Source: an uncultured Chloroflexia bacterium (GTDB taxonomy: Bacteria > Chloroflexota > Limnocylindria > Limnocylindrales > CSP1-4). From it: a stretch of 64,000 nt of DNA. The notes below the pieces were generated by a model. That model saw only the letters and a program-made list of their open reading frames with translations, did no database searches and was not told the DNA's origin. The stretch lies in NCBI GenBank assembly GCA_963711405.1, contig CAVQDZ010000001.1, positions 90,703-154,702 of the forward strand. The letters run 5' to 3'. Each line of letters starts with the position of its first letter. Within the stretch, counting starts at the first letter, position 1. A program made the translations under genes and the position numbers. This document shows, piece by piece, positions 27,515 through 37,998 of this stretch.

Positions 27515-30238
27515 ATGGCGGACCCGCTCTCGTCGCTTATCCGACCTAACCTCGGGCCGCAGCTCCCGGCCTTCGAGCGGTTTGCGCCACCGCCTCCGGA
27601 CAACGTCGTCGCCGCCCAACTTGCGGCACGCACCGCGCCCGGCGACGTTGTCATTGACACCCACGGGCGCGGTGGCTGGATCGCGCGCAACGCCATCGCC
27701 GCGCTGCGCCGGGTCTACTCGCTCGAGTCGACGGCGCTCACGCGGCTGCTGGCTGAGATCGTGCTGCGCCCGCCCGACCTGCGTCATTTCGACGCCGGGC
27801 TGTCGGCCGTGGCCACCGTCCCGCACGGCGAAGTGGAGCTGAAGCGTTACCTCGAGCAGGGCTTCACGACGCGCTGTCCAACGTGCGGCAGGCCGGTCAT
27901 AGTCCACGAGTACATCTGGGACGTTGGTGCGGAAGCGCCAACGCGCAAGGTCTTTCGCTGCTCGTTCTGCCGCGAACAGGCACGTGGCAACGAGCCGCGC
28001 ATTGCCCCGGTCGACGAGGACGACATCGCGCTCGCGTCGAGAATCGACGCGAGCGCGGCACGCGAGAGCCTCAAGCAACGGTTTCCGCTGCTCGGGCCAG
28101 GCCGCGGATTGCCCGACGAGCTGCTCGACCTGTACACGCCGCGCACGCTCGTGGCGCTCGACGAGATCATCGCCCAGCTCGACACGCAGCTGAAGGCGCC
28201 GGCAGTCGGCGCCGGCCTCAAGCTGGGCCTGGTCCACGGCCTGCTGGCCGCAAGCAAGCTGAACGGCTATCCCGGTCGCGTCGCGGCGCTGCGCATCCGC
28301 CACGGGCACGTTCAGCAGCCCGCCTCCAAGCAGTGGCGCGAACGTAATCCGTGGCTGTGCTTCGAGGAGGGCGTGCGCGAGGTGCGCTCGTTCATCGTCC
28401 GCGTCGAGCCGGGCGCGGCCAGCTTTCAGCCGCGGCCAGGCGACGACATCGAGACGCTCATCGACGGCACGGCCAACGTCGTGTTGCGCACCGGTGCCGC
28501 ATATGTCAGCGGCAACGAGCCAATGTTCTGGTCACGCCGGCCGGTCCTGCCCGGGCGGCTCGATCCGCGCTCGCGAGTTCGACTCGTGCTGACCCAGCCG
28601 CCCGTCCGCTGGTCGGTCGAGAACGTCAGCTTCGCGTATCTCGCCACGGCCCTGGTCCTGGGCCGCGAACAGGCTGCCGAGCTGCCGCTCGAATGGGTCT
28701 TCGGCGCGCCGCCGCCGAACGACCGCGGTCGTGAGGCCACGGCCCTGCGCAAGTCGCTGCTGGCCGTCCGTCCGGTGTTGGCGCGCGACGCCAGGGCAAT
28801 CGTGCTGCTCGACCGTGGCGGGGCCTCCGGGCTCGTGGCAGGCGTGCTCGGGGGAGTCGGTGCAGGCTTCCGTCTGTCGAGCGCGTTGCTCGCCGAATCG
28901 GGCAACCAGATCGGCGGCGTGCTCGAATTCAACGTCGGCCCGGCCGACGACGATCCACAGACGCACGCCGAGCTGGCCGATCTACCGAGCGCCGATCCGA
29001 GCGCACCGTTCGCGTTGACTGATGTCGAAAATGCGGTGACGTCGGTTGCGGTCAGCGTCCTGCAGGCGCGGGGCGAGCCGGCCAGCGGCGAGCGGCTGCT
29101 GGGCGAGGTGCTCGTAGGGCTGGACCGGCTGGGCCATCTGCGCCATCTCGTCGCCACTCAGACTTTCGGAGAGACGGAGGCGGCCAACGCCAGCGCCGTC
29201 GCCGAAGACGACACGGCGCAGGACTCGGAGTTCGAGGAAGGCGGCCCGGAGGATGTGTCCGAGCCCGACTTCCAGACCGATGCTGAGATTCAGGCCGAGT
29301 CCGACGACAGCGCCGCCGTCGATGAGCCCGAGTGGGCGCTGGGCAGTGCATCTGCGACCGACCACGTGCGCTTGTTGATGGAGATCGTCATGGGCGAGCT
29401 GCGCCGCCCGGATCATCCGCGGCTGATCGAGGTCGACCGCGGCCGTTGGTGGCTGCGCAGCGAAAAGGACCTGGCGCTGGCCCGGCCGCCGCTCTCAGAT
29501 CGGCTCGAGTGGGCCGCCTATGGGCTGCTATCGACCAGCCGCGGCATCGACGAGGAGACGTACTTCGAACGTGTCGCGGGCATGTTCCGCGGCCATGACA
29601 CGCCCGACGCCGAGCTCGTCCGCGCCGTGCTCGAGTCGTATCGCGATCCTGACGCTGACGCGGTCCAGCTGCGGCCGCAGGACGAGCTGACGGCGCGCCA
29701 CGCCGAGCACGGCGAGCTGTGCGGCCTGCTCGTCGAGTACGGCCACCGCCTGGGCCTGCGCGCGCACGTCTCGGCGCGCGAGAGCCGCCGTGCCTACCGC
29801 GGCGGCGTCGTGGGGGATCTGCTCAGCGAGGAGGAGCTGCGCGCGTACATGCCGCTCATCGCGCCTGGCGACCCGCAGACTTTCGACGCGCTCGACTGTG
29901 TCTGGTACCTGCGCGGCAAGGCCACGTTCCTGTTCGAGGTCGAATGGACGGCGATGCTTACCGACGCACTGTTGCGGCGCGGCCCGCGCATCCCTGCTGA
30001 CGACTCGATCATCCGCTTCCTGGTCATTCCGCCAGAGCGGACGGAGCTCGTGCGCTTCAAGATCGGCCGTTCACCGCTGTTGGCCAAGGCGCTCGAAGAG
30101 CAGAACTGGCATATCCTCAAGTCCGATCACCTGCGCCGGCTGGTTGGCCGCGAGGAGGCGGACCTCGATCAGCTCGGTCCATTGCTTGGGCTCGACCCTG
30201 AGATCGAACGCGAGGCGGAGCAGCTGGCGCTCTTCTGA
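27515..30238 (+). CDS. Large DNA-methyltransferase-like protein with Zn ribbon and degenerate catalytic motifs
   Basis: GDVVIDTHGRGG (motif I-like), CPTC...CSFC, VRLVLTQPPV (motif IV-like), C-terminal DCVWY....FLFEVE. Confidence 0.55.
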   Translation: MADPLSSLIRPNLGPQLPAFERFAPPPPDNVVAAQLAARTAPGDVVIDTHGRGGWIARNAIAALRRVYSLESTALTRLLAEIVLRPPDLRHFDAGLSAVATVPHGEVELKRYLEQGFTTRCPTCGRPVIVHEYIWDVGAEAPTRKVFRCSFCREQARGNEPRIAPVDEDDIALASRIDASAARESLKQRFPLLGPGRGLPDELLDLYTPRTLVALDEIIAQLDTQLKAPAVGAGLKLGLVHGLLAASKLNGYPGRVAALRIRHGHVQQPASKQWRERNPWLCFEEGVREVRSFIVRVEPGAASFQPRPGDDIETLIDGTANVVLRTGAAYVSGNEPMFWSRRPVLPGRLDPRSRVRLVLTQPPVRWSVENVSFAYLATALVLGREQAAELPLEWVFGAPPPNDRGREATALRKSLLAVRPVLARDARAIVLLDRGGASGLVAGVLGGVGAGFRLSSALLAESGNQIGGVLEFNVGPADDDPQTHAELADLPSADPSAPFALTDVENAVTSVAVSVLQARGEPASGERLLGEVLVGLDRLGHLRHLVATQTFGETEAANASAVAEDDTAQDSEFEEGGPEDVSEPDFQTDAEIQAESDDSAAVDEPEWALGSASATDHVRLLMEIVMGELRRPDHPRLIEVDRGRWWLRSEKDLALARPPLSDRLEWAAYGLLSTSRGIDEETYFERVAGMFRGHDTPDAELVRAVLESYRDPDADAVQLRPQDELTARHAEHGELCGLLVEYGHRLGLRAHVSARESRRAYRGGVVGDLLSEEELRAYMPLIAPGDPQTFDALDCVWYLRGKATFLFEVEWTAMLTDALLRRGPRIPADDSIIRFLVIPPERTELVRFKIGRSPLLAKALEEQNWHILKSDHLRRLVGREEADLDQLGPLLGLDPEIEREAEQLALF

Positions 30239-30284
30239 CCAGCATGCTGACTCGCACTTATCAACCATTCGAACGGAGAGTTTT

Positions 30285-31964
30285 GTGACCGACGTCGCCG
30301 TGAGTAGTAGTTCCGTCACCGATATCGCCGACCGCTTCTGGCAGTGGGTGCTGTCGCGCCAGCCGATCTACGCCACCGTGCTCGGTGACGAACGCTACGA
30401 CGACAAGCTGCCTGATCCCTCCGCCGAGGGCAGGGTCGAGGAAACGGTTGCGCTGAAGGACTTCCTGGCCGACGCGAAGCAGATCAATCGCCACGAGCTC
30501 GACCAGGAGGACACGATCACGCTCGACATGCTCGAGGTGGTCGCGCACATATGGCTCAAGCAGCTCGATCTGCGCCTGTACCACTTCGAGTCGATGGATC
30601 AGCTCGCGGGACCGCAGGCGCTGATGGGCGACCTGGCCCGCTTCCAGCGCGTCGATACGCCCGAGCGCATCGATCGTCTCATCCGCCGCCTCGAGCAGTA
30701 TCCAGAGTTCCTGGCCCAGAACCGCGCCAACCTGCTCGAGGGGGTCGCCGCCGGACGCACTGCCGCGGCCCCGGTCGTGACGCGCGTCATCGAGCAGACG
30801 CGGCGCGCGGTCGACACGCCCGTCGACGAGTCGCCCATCCTGCTCGCCCACCCTGAGCTTGACGAGGAGAGTCGCGCGCGGATTCGGCACGCGATCGAGA
30901 CGTGGGTGATGCCCGCGCTGTCCGACCATCTCGCCGCGGTCGAGGGCTACGCGCCGTTCGCCAGAAGCGGCGAAGGGATCTGGGCGCTGCCCGACGGCAG
31001 CGAGGTCTACGAGGCGATGATCCTGGCCTCGACGACGCTTGACGAGACGCCTGCGGCGCTGCACGAGTACGGCCTCCAGCAGCTCGACGCGATCCGTGCG
31101 GAGGCGCTCGAGATTGCCCACGAGCTGGGCTTCAGCGACATCGCGTCAATGCGCGCGGCGCTACAGACGGAGAGCTCGAACTACGCCTCGAGCCCAACGG
31201 AAATCGTCGACAAGGCGCGCGCGCAGATCGACAAGGCAGAGGCCCTGGCACCGCAGTGGTTTGGCCGGCTGCCGCGCGCACGTTGCGAGGTTCGCGCGGT
31301 CGAGCCTTACTCGGAGGCAGAGGCGCCGCCGGCGTTCTACTACCCGCCCGCGCCAGATGGCTCACGCAAGGGCATCTACTTCGTCAACACGTACCAGCCT
31401 GAGAACCGGCCGCTTTACCGCCTCGCCACGACCACCTATCACGAGGCCACGCCGGGCCACCATTTCCAGATCGCGATCGAGGGCGAGCTCGACGGCCTGC
31501 CCGACTTCCGGCGCTTTGGCGCGCGCATGACCGGTGCCGCGTACGGCGAGGGCTGGGGCCTGTACAGCGAGCGCCTCGCGGATGAGATGGGCCTGTACGA
31601 GAGTGCCTGGGAGCGCCTGGGCATGCTCGATGCGCAGGGCTGGCGTGCCGCGCGGCTCGTTGTCGACACCGGCATGCACGCCTTCAAATGGACGCGCGAG
31701 CAGTCCGTTGACCTGCTCATGACGGTGGGCCTGTCGCGCCTCGAGGCGGAGACGGAGACGGATCGCTACATCACCTGGCCCGGTCAGGCACTGGCGTACA
31801 TGACCGGCATGCGCGAGATCGTGGCGCTGCGCCGTGAGCTCGAGGCACGCGATGGCGATCGCTTCGACCTGAACGGTTTCCACGACGAGCTGTTGGCTCA
31901 CGGCACCTTGCCACTGGCGACCATGCGCCGCGTCCTGCCCGGCTGGGTCAAGCCCAAGCCCTAG
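30285..31964 (+). CDS. DUF885 family protein (metallopeptidase-like)
   Basis: HEATPGHHFQ, YGEGWGLYSE, RAARLVVDTGMH, WPGQALAY. GGAGAG SD before GTG. Confidence 0.9.
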   Translation: MTDVAVSSSSVTDIADRFWQWVLSRQPIYATVLGDERYDDKLPDPSAEGRVEETVALKDFLADAKQINRHELDQEDTITLDMLEVVAHIWLKQLDLRLYHFESMDQLAGPQALMGDLARFQRVDTPERIDRLIRRLEQYPEFLAQNRANLLEGVAAGRTAAAPVVTRVIEQTRRAVDTPVDESPILLAHPELDEESRARIRHAIETWVMPALSDHLAAVEGYAPFARSGEGIWALPDGSEVYEAMILASTTLDETPAALHEYGLQQLDAIRAEALEIAHELGFSDIASMRAALQTESSNYASSPTEIVDKARAQIDKAEALAPQWFGRLPRARCEVRAVEPYSEAEAPPAFYYPPAPDGSRKGIYFVNTYQPENRPLYRLATTTYHEATPGHHFQIAIEGELDGLPDFRRFGARMTGAAYGEGWGLYSERLADEMGLYESAWERLGMLDAQGWRAARLVVDTGMHAFKWTREQSVDLLMTVGLSRLEAETETDRYITWPGQALAYMTGMREIVALRRELEARDGDRFDLNGFHDELLAHGTLPLATMRRVLPGWVKPKP

Positions 31965-32026
31965 TCCGGCATTTGCGCGCGGAGCCCTGGCTCCGCGCGG
32001 CAACCGGCCGCCGCTAACCTACGCCC

Positions 32027-32926
32027 GTGCCCGACCCGCAGGCGTTTCTCGATGAGCTGAAGACGGTCGAAGTCTGGATCATCGTCTTCCAGCTGCTGCT
32101 GATCGTCGTCCTGACATTCGTTGCATTGCGCTTCGCGCGCAGCGTCGTGCGCGCATCGCTGCGGCGCTTGTTCGATCGAGAGGCGCAGGAAGGCACCGCC
32201 CAGGAGGTCAACTCCGTCGAGCTCGAGCGCCGCAAGGAGACGCTCGAGGACCTGACCTACCAGGCGCTGCGCATCATCATCCTGGTCATTGCCTTCCTGA
32301 TGGCCCTGGCCGTGCTCCATTTCGACATCGGCCCGGCCATCGCCGGTTTGGGCATCGTGGGACTGACCATCAGCCTGGGTGCGCAGAGCATCGTGCGCGA
32401 CTACCTGGCGGGCGCCTTCGTGCTCATCGAGAACCAGTATTCGAAGGGCGATGTGGTGGCGATCGCCGGTGCCCAGGGCACGGTCGAGGACATCAACCTG
32501 CGCCGGACGGTGCTGCGCGACGTCGACGGCACGGTCCATTTCGTGCCCCACGGCCTGATCGAGACGACGAGCAACCTGAGCCGCAATTGGGCCGCCATCA
32601 CGCTCGACCTGCCCTTCGAATACGGCGTCGACATGGCCCTTGTCACGGCCGCGGTCGATGCCGCGGCCGCGCGCATGACCGCTGACCCAGAGTGGCACAG
32701 GGCCATCTTTGAACAGCCCAAAGTGGCGCGCGTGGAGCGCCTCGCCGAACAGGGCGCGGTCGTGCGCGTTACCGGTAAGGTCGCGGCGCTGTACCGCACG
32801 ACGGCGCCGGGCGAGCTACGCGGCCTGATCCTCGAGGAATGCGCCAAGCGCGGCCTGAAGATCGGCTATCCGTCAGCGCTTAATGTCCGCCCCAGCTCAA
32901 CAGATCCCAAGCAGACTCAAGGCTGA
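32027..32926 (+). CDS. Small-conductance mechanosensitive channel (MscS family)
   Basis: AGLGIVGLTISLGAQSIVRDYLAG..IENQYSKGD...GTVEDINLR.T. Confidence 0.92.
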   Translation: MPDPQAFLDELKTVEVWIIVFQLLLIVVLTFVALRFARSVVRASLRRLFDREAQEGTAQEVNSVELERRKETLEDLTYQALRIIILVIAFLMALAVLHFDIGPAIAGLGIVGLTISLGAQSIVRDYLAGAFVLIENQYSKGDVVAIAGAQGTVEDINLRRTVLRDVDGTVHFVPHGLIETTSNLSRNWAAITLDLPFEYGVDMALVTAAVDAAAARMTADPEWHRAIFEQPKVARVERLAEQGAVVRVTGKVAALYRTTAPGELRGLILEECAKRGLKIGYPSALNVRPSSTDPKQTQG

Positions 32927-32938
32927 GAGGAGAGGGGA

Positions 32939-34930
32939 GTGAGCGACACCAACCTGCCCGGCTCGATGCGCGGGCCGGAGATCGAGAACCTGATGGCTGA
33001 GCGGCGCACGTTCGTGCCGGCGCCGGAGTTCGTGGCCCAAGCCAACGCCACGCAGGCGCTGTACGACGAGGCCGAGCGTGACTACGTCGCGTTCTGGGAG
33101 CGTCTCGCGCGCGAGCGGCTGTCGTGGGATACGCCGTTCGACAAGACGCTCGAGTGGGACGTGCCCTTCGCCAAGTGGTTCCTGGGCGGCAAGCTCAACC
33201 TGGCCTACAACTGTGTCGACCGCCACGTAGAGAACGGGCTGGGCGACAAGGTTGCCTATCACTGGATCGGCGAGCCCGGTGACACGCGCACCCTGACCTA
33301 CGCCGATCTCCAGCGTGAGGTGTCCAAGACGGCCAACGCGCTGCTCGAGCTGGGCATCACGACCGGCGACCGTGTCGCGATCTACATGCCCATGATCCCC
33401 GAGCTGCCCATCGCGATGCTCGCCTGTGCGCGCATCGGCGCCCCGCACACGGTCGTCTTCGGTGGCTTCAGCTCCGAGGCGCTGGCCGGCCGCATCGAGG
33501 ACGCCCAGGCCAAGCTGCTGATCACCGCTGACGGTGGCTGGCGCCGGGGCAAGGCGGTCAATCTCAAGACCGCGGCCGATGAGGCCGTCGCGCTGGGCTC
33601 GACCATTGAGCACGTGCTCGTCGCGCAACGCATCGGCGACGCCGGTGACGTGCCCATCGAGATGAAGCCGGGACGCGACGTGTGGTGGCACGACATCGTC
33701 GAGCGCCAGAGCAGCGACTGCCCGCCGGTGCCGCTGGACTCGGAGCACATGCTCTACCTGCTGTACACGTCGGGCACCACGGCCAAGCCCAAGGGCATCG
33801 TGCACACCACCGCCGGGTACCTGCTCGGCGCGAGCTTCACGCACTGGGCCGTCTTCGACGTCAAGCCGGACGACGTCTACTGGTGCGCCGCCGACATCGG
33901 CTGGGTGACCGGCCACTCGTACATCGTCTACGGGCCGCTGGCCAACGCGACGACGAGCGTCATGTACGAGGGCGCGCCGGACACGCCGGCCTGGGACCGC
34001 TGGTGGCAGATCATCGAGGACTACAAGGTCAACATCCTGTACTGCGCGCCCACGGCCATTCGCGCGTTCATGAAGCAGGGCGAGGACTGGCCGCGCAAGC
34101 ACGACCTGTCTTCTCTGCGCTTGCTGGGCAGCGTCGGCGAGCCGATCAATCCAGAGGCGTGGCTGTGGTACCAGACCAACATCGGCGCCGCCAGGACGCC
34201 CGTGGTCGACACGTGGTGGCAGACGGAGACGGGCATGATCATGATCACGCCGCTGCCGGGCGTGACGACGACCAAGCCGGGCAGTGCCACGTTCCCGTTT
34301 CCGGGCATTGGGGCCGACGTGGTCGACGCCAACGGCAACTCCGTGCCCTTCGGTGGCGGCGGCTACCTCGTCCTCACACGGCCGTGGCCGTCAATGCTGC
34401 GCGGCATCTACGGCGACCCGGAGCGCTACAAGGCAACCTACTGGAGCCGCTTTCCGGGCAAGTACTTCGCCGGCGACGGCGCCAAGCGCGACGAGGAGGG
34501 CTACCTCTGGTTGCTCGGCCGCGTCGACGACGTGATGAATGTGTCCGGCCACCGGATCTCGACGATCGAGATCGAATTGGCCCTCGTGTCCCATCCCGCG
34601 GTGGCCGAGGCAGCGGTTGTCGGGCGCGCCGATCCGATCACCGGACAGGCGATCTTTGCCTTCGTCATCCTGCGCCTGGGCAACGAGCCCACTGACGAGC
34701 TGGCCACGGAAGTGCGCGAGCACGTGGGCAAGGTCATCTCGCCCATCGCCAAGCCCAAGTACCTGCTCTTCACGCCCGACCTGCCCAAGACCCGCTCGGG
34801 CAAGATCATGCGCCGCCTGTTGCGCGACATAGGCGAGGGCAGGCCACTGGGCGACACGACCACGCTCGCCGATTCGGGCGTCGTTGAGACGATCCGCGAG
34901 CGCAGCGGCGCGGCGACCGAGGAGGAGTAG
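32939..34930 (+). CDS. acs: Acetate--CoA ligase
   Basis: [46 protein letters not shown]. Confidence 0.97.
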   Translation: MSDTNLPGSMRGPEIENLMAERRTFVPAPEFVAQANATQALYDEAERDYVAFWERLARERLSWDTPFDKTLEWDVPFAKWFLGGKLNLAYNCVDRHVENGLGDKVAYHWIGEPGDTRTLTYADLQREVSKTANALLELGITTGDRVAIYMPMIPELPIAMLACARIGAPHTVVFGGFSSEALAGRIEDAQAKLLITADGGWRRGKAVNLKTAADEAVALGSTIEHVLVAQRIGDAGDVPIEMKPGRDVWWHDIVERQSSDCPPVPLDSEHMLYLLYTSGTTAKPKGIVHTTAGYLLGASFTHWAVFDVKPDDVYWCAADIGWVTGHSYIVYGPLANATTSVMYEGAPDTPAWDRWWQIIEDYKVNILYCAPTAIRAFMKQGEDWPRKHDLSSLRLLGSVGEPINPEAWLWYQTNIGAARTPVVDTWWQTETGMIMITPLPGVTTTKPGSATFPFPGIGADVVDANGNSVPFGGGGYLVLTRPWPSMLRGIYGDPERYKATYWSRFPGKYFAGDGAKRDEEGYLWLLGRVDDVMNVSGHRISTIEIELALVSHPAVAEAAVVGRADPITGQAIFAFVILRLGNEPTDELATEVREHVGKVISPIAKPKYLLFTPDLPKTRSGKIMRRLLRDIGEGRPLGDTTTLADSGVVETIRERSGAATEEE

Positions 34931-34932
34931 GG

Positions 34933-35757
34933 GTGGAGTCGTTTCAGACCTCCGACGGGCGCACGCTCGCCTACAACACCGTGGGCTCAGGCCCGACTCT
35001 CGTGTGTCACCCTGGCGGACCTGGTTTCGCCGGAGCCGAGCTGGGCGATCTCGGTGGCTTGTCAGCGTCGCGCACCCTGGTGCTGCTCGATCCGCGCGGT
35101 ACGGGCGGTTCGTCACCCGGTCCCGACTATTCGCTCAACGGCTACGCCGCGGACCTGGAGCAGCTGCGCGTCCACCTCGGGTTGACGCGCATGGACCTGC
35201 TCGGCTTCTCGTTCGGAACCGTGGTCGCCATCTCATACGCTGCGGCATACCAGGACGGCCTGGGCAAGCTCGTGCTGGCCGGCGGCCTGGCCGCGTTCAC
35301 AGAGGAGGGTCAGGCACACGCCAACGCCGTGATCGCGTCGAAATCGGCCGAGCCGTGGCACGCCGACGCGGTCGCCGCGCTCGAACAGGAAGAACACGGC
35401 GAGATCGACGACATGGCGGCATTGTGGATTCGCGAGGCGCCGCTCTATTTCGCCAAGTGGGATGAGCGCTACCGGCCGGCCATCGTCGCAGGGGCCGTCG
35501 GCGCGAGTGCCAAGCCGCTGATCGAGTCGAATGAGATCGGCTTCGACGTCCGCGGCGAGCTCAACCTGATCACCGCGCCCACGCTGATCGTGTGCGGCCG
35601 CGACGACTTCATCTGCGGGCCGCCCGCTGCACAGGAGATGGCGCGCGGCATCACCGGCTCCAAGGTGGTCTACGTGGAGAACGCCGGTCACATGATGTTC
35701 ATGGAGCAGCCCGACGCGTTCCGGACTGCGGTGAGCGACTTCCTCAGCGCGGCCTGA
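34933..35757 (+). CDS. Alpha/beta hydrolase (proline iminopeptidase-like)
   Basis: HPGGPG, DPRGTG, GFSFG nucleophile elbow, AGH. Confidence 0.85.
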   Translation: MESFQTSDGRTLAYNTVGSGPTLVCHPGGPGFAGAELGDLGGLSASRTLVLLDPRGTGGSSPGPDYSLNGYAADLEQLRVHLGLTRMDLLGFSFGTVVAISYAAAYQDGLGKLVLAGGLAAFTEEGQAHANAVIASKSAEPWHADAVAALEQEEHGEIDDMAALWIREAPLYFAKWDERYRPAIVAGAVGASAKPLIESNEIGFDVRGELNLITAPTLIVCGRDDFICGPPAAQEMARGITGSKVVYVENAGHMMFMEQPDAFRTAVSDFLSAA

Positions 35758-35798
35758 TTCGGGGCATCGCCGCGCACAGCGGCGACAATCACCCGACG

Positions 35799-36830
35799 AT
35801 GCTCATCAGAGACACGCTCGGCCGGCCCATCCATGACCTGCGTATCTCCGTCACGGATCGCTGCAACTTCCGCTGCACGTACTGCATGCCGCGCGAGGTG
35901 TATGGCCGCGACTACGCGTTCCTGCCGCGGGCCGAGCTGCTGACCTTCGAGGAAATCACGCGCCTTGCGCGGATCTTCGTCGGGCTCGGCGTACGCAAGA
36001 TCCGCCTGACCGGTGGCGAGCCGCTCTTGCGCCGCGATCTGCCGGTGCTGGTCGAGATGCTGGCGCGGATCCCGGAAGCAGAGGACATCACGCTCACGAC
36101 CAACGGCTCACTTCTTGCGCGCCAAGCGCAGGCCCTCGCCGACGCCGGCCTGCGGCGCATCTCGGTCAGCCTCGACTCGCTCGACGAGCAGACTTTCGCG
36201 CTCATGAATGACGTGGGCTTCCCGGTCAGCGACGTGCTCGACGGCATTGCCGCGGCGGACCGTGCCGGGCTGCGCCCGATCAAGGTCAACGTGGTCGTCC
36301 GCCGCGGCCTCAACGAACGCGACGTCGTGCCCATGGCGCGCTACTTTCGCGAGCGCGGCCACGTGCTGCGCTTCATCGAGTACATGGACGTGGGCCACAC
36401 CAACGGCTGGCGGCTCGACGACGTCGTGCCCGCCAACGAGATCATTGCCGCCATCGATGCGGACATGCCGCTCGTCGCGCTGCCATCGAACTACCCGGGC
36501 GAGGTCGTCGATCGGTGGGCGTACCGCGACGGCAGCGGCGAGGTGGGCGTCATCGCATCGGTCACTCAGCCGTTCTGTCGGGATTGCTCACGCGCCCGAC
36601 TGACCGCCGACGGCCAGCTATACACCTGCCTCTTTGCGAGCTCCGGCCACGACCTGCGCGGCCCGGCTCGTGCCGGAGCCAGTGACGACGCGCTGCGCGA
36701 CGAGATCAGTGGCGTGTGGGCCGCGCGCACGGACCGCTATTCGGAGCTGCGCTCGCTGGCGACGTCGCGGCCGCTGCCGGTGATCAGCGTGGACCCGAAT
36801 CGCGTCGAGATGTCGCGCATCGGCGGCTGA
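35799..36830 (+). CDS. moaA: GTP 3',8-cyclase (molybdenum cofactor biosynthesis)
   Basis: LRISVTDRCNFRCTYCMP, C-terminal FC..C.R.RL....LYTCLF and MSRIGG end. Confidence 0.97.
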   Translation: MLIRDTLGRPIHDLRISVTDRCNFRCTYCMPREVYGRDYAFLPRAELLTFEEITRLARIFVGLGVRKIRLTGGEPLLRRDLPVLVEMLARIPEAEDITLTTNGSLLARQAQALADAGLRRISVSLDSLDEQTFALMNDVGFPVSDVLDGIAAADRAGLRPIKVNVVVRRGLNERDVVPMARYFRERGHVLRFIEYMDVGHTNGWRLDDVVPANEIIAAIDADMPLVALPSNYPGEVVDRWAYRDGSGEVGVIASVTQPFCRDCSRARLTADGQLYTCLFASSGHDLRGPARAGASDDALRDEISGVWAARTDRYSELRSLATSRPLPVISVDPNRVEMSRIGG

Positions 36831-37010
36831 ACCCTCTGGTGGGCCTGGCAATGGGTCCAAAATCGCCGTGGCCGGCGACGAGCCGATGTGGCGAAATTCA
36901 TCATCCACACACTGCGGCGGACGCTATGCTCACGCTAAGTGACGCGAACGTCCGCTCTTGGACATGTCGCGAACTGACACGTCGTGCCCACGAGGAGGGA
37001 TAGCGAGAAG

Positions 37011-37712
37011 ATGGACCAATCTGGCGGTCCTAATGTGCCGCCCCCGCCACCGCCAGCGGCACCGCCGCCCCCGCCGCCGCCACCCCCGCAGCAGGGCTGG
37101 CAATCAACGCCTCAGCCGCCCGGCCCGCCGCCCGCTGGCGGTCAGCAGGGCATGCCGGCGTGGACCAACAATCTCACCGCACGCGGCACCATGGCCGGCC
37201 CAGGCGGCGTCGCGCTCTCGGACGCACCGTCGCGTTTCATCGGGCTGTTCATCGACTTCATCATCATCGGGATCATCGGCTTCATCGTTAACGCCATCAC
37301 CACGTCGATCTTCGGCGATAACTTTCTGGGCATCTTTGGATCAACGTTCAAGACCCAGTCGCTGATCGGCGCGATCATCACCGTTGTCATCCTGCTCGCT
37401 GTCACCGGCGCGTACTTCATCTACATGTGGACGCGCATGGCCGGCCAGACGCTGGGCATGAAGGTCATGAAGATCTCTGTGCGCGATCAGGCAACCGGTG
37501 GCCCGATTACCCAGAGTCAGGCAATCACGCGATGGCTTTTCCTTGGAGCGCCATGGGCGGTCAACTTCCTGTACGGCTGGGGGCTCGGGCTGATCATCAG
37601 CTTGCTGATCCTGGTCTACTACATCTACCTCGTCTACAGCATCGCCAATGACCCGTTGCGCCAGGGTCTGCATGACAAGCAGGCCAAGACAGTCGTCGCC
37701 AAGGTCGGCTGA
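37011..37712 (+). CDS. RDD family membrane protein with Pro-rich N-terminus
   Basis: RFIGLFID, GQTLGMKVM, RQGLHDK. GAGGAGG SD. Confidence 0.88.
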   Translation: MDQSGGPNVPPPPPPAAPPPPPPPPPQQGWQSTPQPPGPPPAGGQQGMPAWTNNLTARGTMAGPGGVALSDAPSRFIGLFIDFIIIGIIGFIVNAITTSIFGDNFLGIFGSTFKTQSLIGAIITVVILLAVTGAYFIYMWTRMAGQTLGMKVMKISVRDQATGGPITQSQAITRWLFLGAPWAVNFLYGWGLGLIISLLILVYYIYLVYSIANDPLRQGLHDKQAKTVVAKVG

Positions 37713-37741
37713 CCAGCGCGACTCATCCGAGTCACTTGCGC

Positions 37742-37780
37742 AGAACCCCGCCGGGCAGCCGGCGGGGTTCTTTGTTGTTT
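37742..37780 (+). terminator. Intrinsic terminator
   Basis: AGAACCCCGCCGG-GCAG-CCGGCGGGGTTCT perfect 13-bp stem followed by TTGTTGTTT. Confidence 0.9.
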
Positions 37781-37806
37781 GCCACCAACCGCGTGCCAAC
37801 GGGATG

Positions 37807-37880
37807 TTGTCCACGGGATATCCACACTGACTGTGGATTTGTGGATGGGTCCGAGGAATAGTTTTGAAATGCGTGGATAA
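37807..37880. promoter_or_regulatory. Cluster of five DnaA-box-like 9-mers
   Basis: TTGTCCACG 37807, ATATCCACA 37818, TGTGGATTT 37832, TGTGGATGG 37840, CGTGGATAA 37872 versus the TT(A/T)TNCACA consensus. Confidence 0.6.
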
Positions 37881-37885
37881 GAACG

Positions 37886-37914
37886 TTGACCGTCCGTTAT
37901 CGCGCCCTTAACTT
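37886..37914 (+). promoter_or_regulatory. Sigma70-type promoter
   Basis: TTGACC-17 nt-TAACTT. Confidence 0.6.
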
Positions 37915-37920
37915 AGGTCT

Positions 37921-37998
37921 TGCCCGGAGGGGCCGCAGAGAACTCGGTAGTCGAGATCACATCAAGACTGCAAGAGACTTGGCTGGCTTCTTCGGGCA
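37921..37998 (+). ncRNA. Candidate ~80-nt structured RNA or 5' leader of punA
   Basis: 14-bp closing stem TGCCCGGAGGGGCC/GGCTTCTTCGGGCA with 3 G-U pairs, beginning at the predicted TSS. Inner CTCG/CGAG hairpin. Confidence 0.35.

Noticed and set aside
37035-37135. CCG-rich repeat tract as a possible tandem repeat or array
   Set aside because: It encodes the poly-proline N-terminus of the RDD protein.
37807-37880. Firm call as chromosomal oriC
   Set aside because: No dnaA or dnaN nearby, no extended AT-rich unwinding element, and local gene orientation is convergent. Kept only as a DnaA-box cluster.
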